From: Gammaproteobacteria bacterium
GTDB lineage: Bacteria > Pseudomonadota > Gammaproteobacteria > JBIOEC01
Length of the DNA: 32,000 nucleotides
Assembly (NCBI GenBank): GCA_965279305.1
Contig: OZ257143.1
Coordinates: 570,001 to 602,000 of the forward strand
Reading direction: 5' to 3'
The translations under genes and the position numbers were made by a program. Position 1 is the stretch's first letter; each line of letters starts with the position of its first letter. This document shows, in pieces, positions 30,814-32,000 of this stretch. The notes beneath the pieces are model-generated. The model had not been told where the DNA came from. It saw only the letters and a program-made list of their open reading frames with translations, and made no database searches.

Positions 30814-30842
30814 ATTATATAGCAACCTAACTCTCATAGCAA
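30814..30842 (-). promoter_or_regulatory. Candidate sigma70 promoter of the LRR/ankyrin gene
   Basis: On the minus strand: TTGCTA (30842-30837), 17-nt spacer, TATAAT (30819-30814). It lies ~33 nt upstream of the ATG at 30781. Confidence 0.5.
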
Positions 30843-30913
30843 TTCAGGGCTAGGGTTTTACCCAGGCATTGATCTATGAGGGAACTATCGGGTCTATGGG
30901 CTCTAAAAGAGGC

Positions 30914-31543
30914 TTAAGGGGCTATTTTTACGATGATGACTTTGCGGTTGATAGCTTGATCGGCAAAAGGCAGGCGCTCTATCAACTCGCAACGAAATCC
31001 TGGGGGCAATTCGGCGGCTTCTTTTTCGGCCTCGACACCTTTCAGAGCAATAAACGACCCTTCGGGTTTACATAAGTGCTTGGTGAGGGTTAACATTTTG
31101 GTCAGTTCCGCAAAAGCTCTGGATGTAACAATATCAAATAGCTCGGCTGGCTGGTACTCTTCTACTCTTTTGTTAATCACTTCAATATTGCGTAAACGCA
31201 GCTGTGTTTTGGCTTGAGTGACAAAACGCGTTTTTTTGCCATCACTATCCAGCAGGGCAAAGTGGCTTTCCGGCAGCATAATGGCCAAAGGAATGCCCGG
31301 CAATCCAGCCCCGGTTCCCACATCAATGATTCGCTGGCCTTTCATAAAGGGAAGCACCAACAAGCTGTCGATAATATGTCTATCAATAATATGGTGTGTA
31401 TTATCGTTAGCAATTAAATTGAAAATTTTATTCCAATGTTGTAATAGTTTTACATAATCTACGAGGAGTTGTATTTGGCTTTCTGAAGCAGCCATTTGAT
31501 GCAAGGTTAATTGTTGTTGTAGATAATCTTGAATGGGATCCAT
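30914..31543 (-). CDS. rsmG: 16S rRNA (guanine527-N7)-methyltransferase RsmG (GidB)
   Basis: 209 aa. SAM motif IIDVGTGAGLPGIPLAI, and NLIA....H.I.RHI.DSL. Immediately downstream of mnmG. Confidence 0.9.
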   Translation of the reverse strand: MDPIQDYLQQQLTLHQMAASESQIQLLVDYVKLLQHWNKIFNLIANDNTHHIIDRHIIDSLLVLPFMKGQRIIDVGTGAGLPGIPLAIMLPESHFALLDSDGKKTRFVTQAKTQLRLRNIEVINKRVEEYQPAELFDIVTSRAFAELTKMLTLTKHLCKPEGSFIALKGVEAEKEAAELPPGFRCELIERLPFADQAINRKVIIVKIAP

Positions 31544-31552
31544 TACTCTTCC

Positions 31553-32000
31553 TTAAGCTTCTAGTTTTGCGCGCGCTAAATTTCCGTGGCGTTTTAAATG
31601 CACTAATAATAAAGAAATAGCAGCCGGTGTAACACCCGGAATTCGAGTGGCTTGACCTAAAGTAGTAGGCCTTACATTTTGTAATTTTTCGCGCACTTCG
31701 TTTGATAAACTTGCTACCGCATAATAATCTAAATCGTCCGGAATAATTGATTGTTCATGGCGCAATACGCGCGCAATTTCATCGGTTTGTCTATCAATGT
31801 AGCCTGCATACTTGGCTTGAATTTCTACTTGCTCTGATTCTTCTTCAGATAGTTTTTGTTCTGGTTGTAATTCATTAATTTGCATGAGCATTTGATAATC
31901 GATTTGAGGGCGACACAGCAAATCTAATAATGAATATTCATGCGCTAATGGTTGTGCTATTAACGCTTCTACTTTTTCGCCTGTTACTGTTTTAGGTTGT
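31553..32000 (-). CDS. mnmG: tRNA uridine 5-carboxymethylaminomethyl modification enzyme MnmG (GidA), C-terminal part; 5' end lies beyond the window
   Basis: The reading frame is open to the window edge, and the ORF-track M at 31921 is an internal TTG. C-terminal motifs EIQAKYAGYIDRQ, LDYYAVASLSNEVREKL and GQATRIPGVTPAAISLLLVHLK. Confidence 0.9.
   Translation of the reverse strand, partial: QPKTVTGEKVEALIAQPLAHEYSLLDLLCRPQIDYQMLMQINELQPEQKLSEEESEQVEIQAKYAGYIDRQTDEIARVLRHEQSIIPDDLDYYAVASLSNEVREKLQNVRPTTLGQATRIPGVTPAAISLLLVHLKRHGNLARAKLEA

Noticed and set aside
29409-31457. ORFs 29409-29609 (+), 29663-29866 (+), 30869-31075 (+), 31214-31417 (+) and 31218-31457 (+).
   Set aside because: They are antisense to the LRR/ankyrin gene or to rsmG, with no supporting signals.
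1-32000. Looked for CRISPR arrays, rRNA genes, IS elements/transposases, integrases, reverse transcriptases and phage structural genes.
   Set aside because: I saw no regularly spaced direct repeats of CRISPR type, no rRNA-like sequence, and no ORF with recombinase, transposase or RT motifs.

Overview
AT-rich gammaproteobacterial chromosome. The gene content and the eukaryote-like repeat proteins suggest an intracellular Legionellales-type organism, but the taxon is inference only. There are three housekeeping blocks. (i) 0.1-8.5 kb holds a translationally coupled lptM-lysA-dapF-bioH-bioC operon, an esterase, the yadGH ABC exporter, a ydgA-like gene and rpmE. (ii) 23.1-27.8 kb holds tRNA-Ile2(CAU) and the rpoD-dnaG-yqeY-rpsU macromolecular-synthesis operon. 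(iii) 30.9-32.0 kb holds rsmG and the 3' end of mnmG. Between (i) and (ii) lies a ~14.5 kb accessory stretch that abuts the 3' side of the tRNA. It contains a LuxR solo with a lux-box-like palindrome facing a secreted GH5 cellulase. It also contains two unrelated Panacea-domain (DUF4065/SocA-like) antitoxin + unknown-toxin pairs. A six-gene minus-strand block carries eukaryote-like or unknown proteins: a 902-aa protein, a Sel1-repeat protein and a tandemly duplicated [unknown + ankyrin] two-gene module. Finally there is a small cassette-like array (lipoprotein, PanA pair, Cys-rich secreted peptide, DUF3800 protein) whose members are separated by recurring hairpin/motif elements and a segmental duplication. 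No integrase or transposase is visible. A RelB/RelE pair and an LRR+ankyrin protein sit between blocks (ii) and (iii). The most promising candidates for something undescribed are the two PanA-associated partner proteins and the repeat-delimited cassette array, including a structured RNA-like leader in front of the DUF3800 gene. All homology calls were made by eye from motifs. No database search was run.
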